NCBI RefSeq assembly: GCF_018977255.1
Contig: NW_024704768.1
Location: forward strand, 4,216,001 to 4,280,000
Length of the DNA: 64,000 bases
Direction of reading: 5' to 3'
DNA from: Callorhinchus milii
Taxonomy: Eukaryota
In this document: in pieces, positions 62,019 through 64,000 of the stretch
Numbering within the stretch: position 1 is the stretch's first letter
Layout: each line of letters starts with the position of its first letter
The notes under the pieces: model-generated
The model's input: only the letters and a program-made list of their open reading frames with translations
Told to the model about the DNA's origin: nothing
Database searches by the model: none
Translations under genes and position numbers: made by a program

Positions 62019-62527
62019 AGGATTGCTATCAGGAGTGGTAGTGTAAAGGAGCATTTACAGTGTGTTCTGTGAGACGTCTCGAAGACGTGATAAGGCACTA
62101 CATCAAATGCAAGGATTATTATTCTTCTTATTATTATGAAACTCAGTCAGTTCAGTTTTCTTTTTAAATTCATCATCATAATAATCCTTGTATTCGACAC
62201 AGCGCCTCATCACGGCTTCGAGGCGTCTCAAAGCGCTTCACAGGATACGCTGTAAAGCGAACCGACTGCACATTTTGTGGGCGAAACGCGGCAGCCGATT
62301 GCACACAGCACTTGTTATGTTCATACCAGATTGTGGTTGGCTTTTACACCTGATGATTCATTGCTCTGTTCTGTTCACCCCCCCCCACACACACACACTC
62401 CCCCCCACACACACCCCCCACACGCACTCACCCACACCTCTCTTTATGCCTCCAATCGAACTAACGTTCCGCCCTCTATGAACCTCATACAGTCTGTGTC
62501 CGTCTCTGTGCTCGCGCTCACCTCCAG

Positions 62528-63504
62528 GACAAAGTTAGAAGGAGACGGACGGAGAGGACGGGATAGGAACAGTGGCTCCACCATGGCCCCGGATCAGGAG
62601 AAGTCAGAGAGAGCAGGTAACCCCGAGTGCCTCCACCACGACAACAGCAACTTGCATTTTACACTGCGTCCCCTTCACGTGGGGCGGTGTCGCGGAGCGC
62701 TGGACAGTGGCGGAGTCTGACCCCGAGCCCGGGGGAGAGAGGGAGGGAGGAAGGTGACCGTAAGCACCGTCAAAAAAGGAAGGTCTTTAGGTGGGATTTG
62801 AAAGGGGGAGAGGGAGGGGTCGAGGCGGAGGGATTGAGGGAGACAGGGACAGTGTTTCGGGGGGTAGTGCGGTGGCTGAAGGCACGGCGGAGGGAGCGCG
62901 GGGCGAACGGGGGCCGGAGCCGGCCGAACGGAAGGATTTTGATTTCTCCGCCGTCTGCACCTTCTCTGCCTCTCGTTCACTCGTCCTTTTCCGTCTCTTG
63001 AAGGTGATGTGGAGCTCCGTCAGATTCAGTTTATCACAGATCAGGAGCAGAGAGAGTCAACGGGTAAACAGTGTGACAGTCAGGGCTCTGTCCATCAGTG
63101 TCAGCCAGTGTGTGCGTGTGCACGCGTGTCTGTCTGTGCTTGTGTGTCTGTGCGTCTGTGTGTGTGCCTGTGTCTGTCTGTCTGTCTGTCTGTCTATGTC
63201 TCTGTCTCTGTCTGTTTCTGTCTGTGTTTGTCTGTGTCTGTCTTTCTCTGTCTCGGTTTCTGTCTGTGTCTTTCTGTGTCTGTGTCTGTGTCTGTGTCTC
63301 TGTCTGTATTCTTTTGGGAGAAATACTAATCGCGATGTTGAGACGTCTCAAAGCGCTTCACGGGATCCGCTGTAAAGCGGTTTGACGGTGCTGTGTAGTC
63401 TTTGTCTGGCATTCAGCCCAACAGAAGGTGTTGCAACCAACATTCTTCCCTGTTTGATGTCAAACATCTTCTCCGTTTCAGACACTGCCATCTCCGTTAC
63501 TTAA
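62528..63504 (+). CDS. Unassigned candidate small multi-exon gene: exons 62528-62616 (ATG 62583), 63004-63063, 63482-63504
   Basis: Three polypyrimidine-AG acceptors, donors CAG|GTAACC and CGG|GTAAAC, CCACCATGG Kozak, phase 1-1 compatible; [38 protein letters not shown]-stop. Confidence 0.4.
63108..63306 (+). repeat. (TG/TC)n compound microsatellite
   Basis: TGTCTG-type repeats. Confidence 0.9.
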
Positions 63505-64000
63505 CCCTGGTGTTTCCCAACGTGTTCCCTTCGCTCGCCCAACACTTGCCAACTCCACGTCGCCCCACCCTACCTGCCCCACCACGGGCTTTCAGTCAGA
63601 GAGCACCAGCGCAGACACCAGAGAGAGAGAGAGAGAGAGGGAGAGAGAACAGGGAAAGGGGGTTAGAGTAGAGGGAGACAGACACACGATGTCCTTCATC
63701 TGATAGGATTCAAACAAAGAAAAATTTCACTGGGAGCAGTTGATAACAATAATAATAATGATAATAATAATAATAAAATGATCACACACACACATCTGCC
63801 TGTAACCAACCTCTCTGCCTCACCCTTTGGAACTCCATCCCACAGTCCCTCCCTCCCTCCCTCCTTCCCTCTTTCGCTCCCTCCTTCCCTCTTTCGCCTC
63901 CTTCAAGGCCCGTCTCAAGACCCTCCTCTTCGACCCACAGCAACCTTCGCCCCCCCCCCTCCCCCAATGCCCACCCTGATCCCCACCCTCAGCTCGGGTC

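Overview
Intron-rich vertebrate genomic DNA, most likely from a cartilaginous fish (chimaera/elephant-shark-like). That assignment is inferred from the dense tRNA-derived SINE, DeuSINE, L2 and CR1 repeat content. By manually joining GT-AG exons I reconstruct five genes in the same order and orientation as human 12q13.13: TFCP2 (- strand, exons 1-6, runs off the window start), a POU class 6 homeobox gene at the POU6F1 position (-), DAZAP2 (+, first exon not visible, probably in assembly gaps), SMAGP (-) and BIN2 (-). A small unassigned multi-exon + strand candidate lies at 62.5-63.5 kb. Most notable observations: the POU6F1-position protein looks POU6F2-like in its linker, homeodomain and tail; its 5' end shows a frame conflict with a possible uORF/72-nt cassette-exon switch; BIN2 carries an 18-bp coding minisatellite; a regularly spaced GTAGCCCAAAGTAGCCC motif array sits at the TFCP2 promoter and recurs inverted 16 kb away; and the DAZAP2 3'UTR has a miR-430/302 seed cluster. 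Most ORFs in the supplied track are repeat-derived noise. Comparisons to human proteins and exon sizes are from memory and need alignment confirmation.
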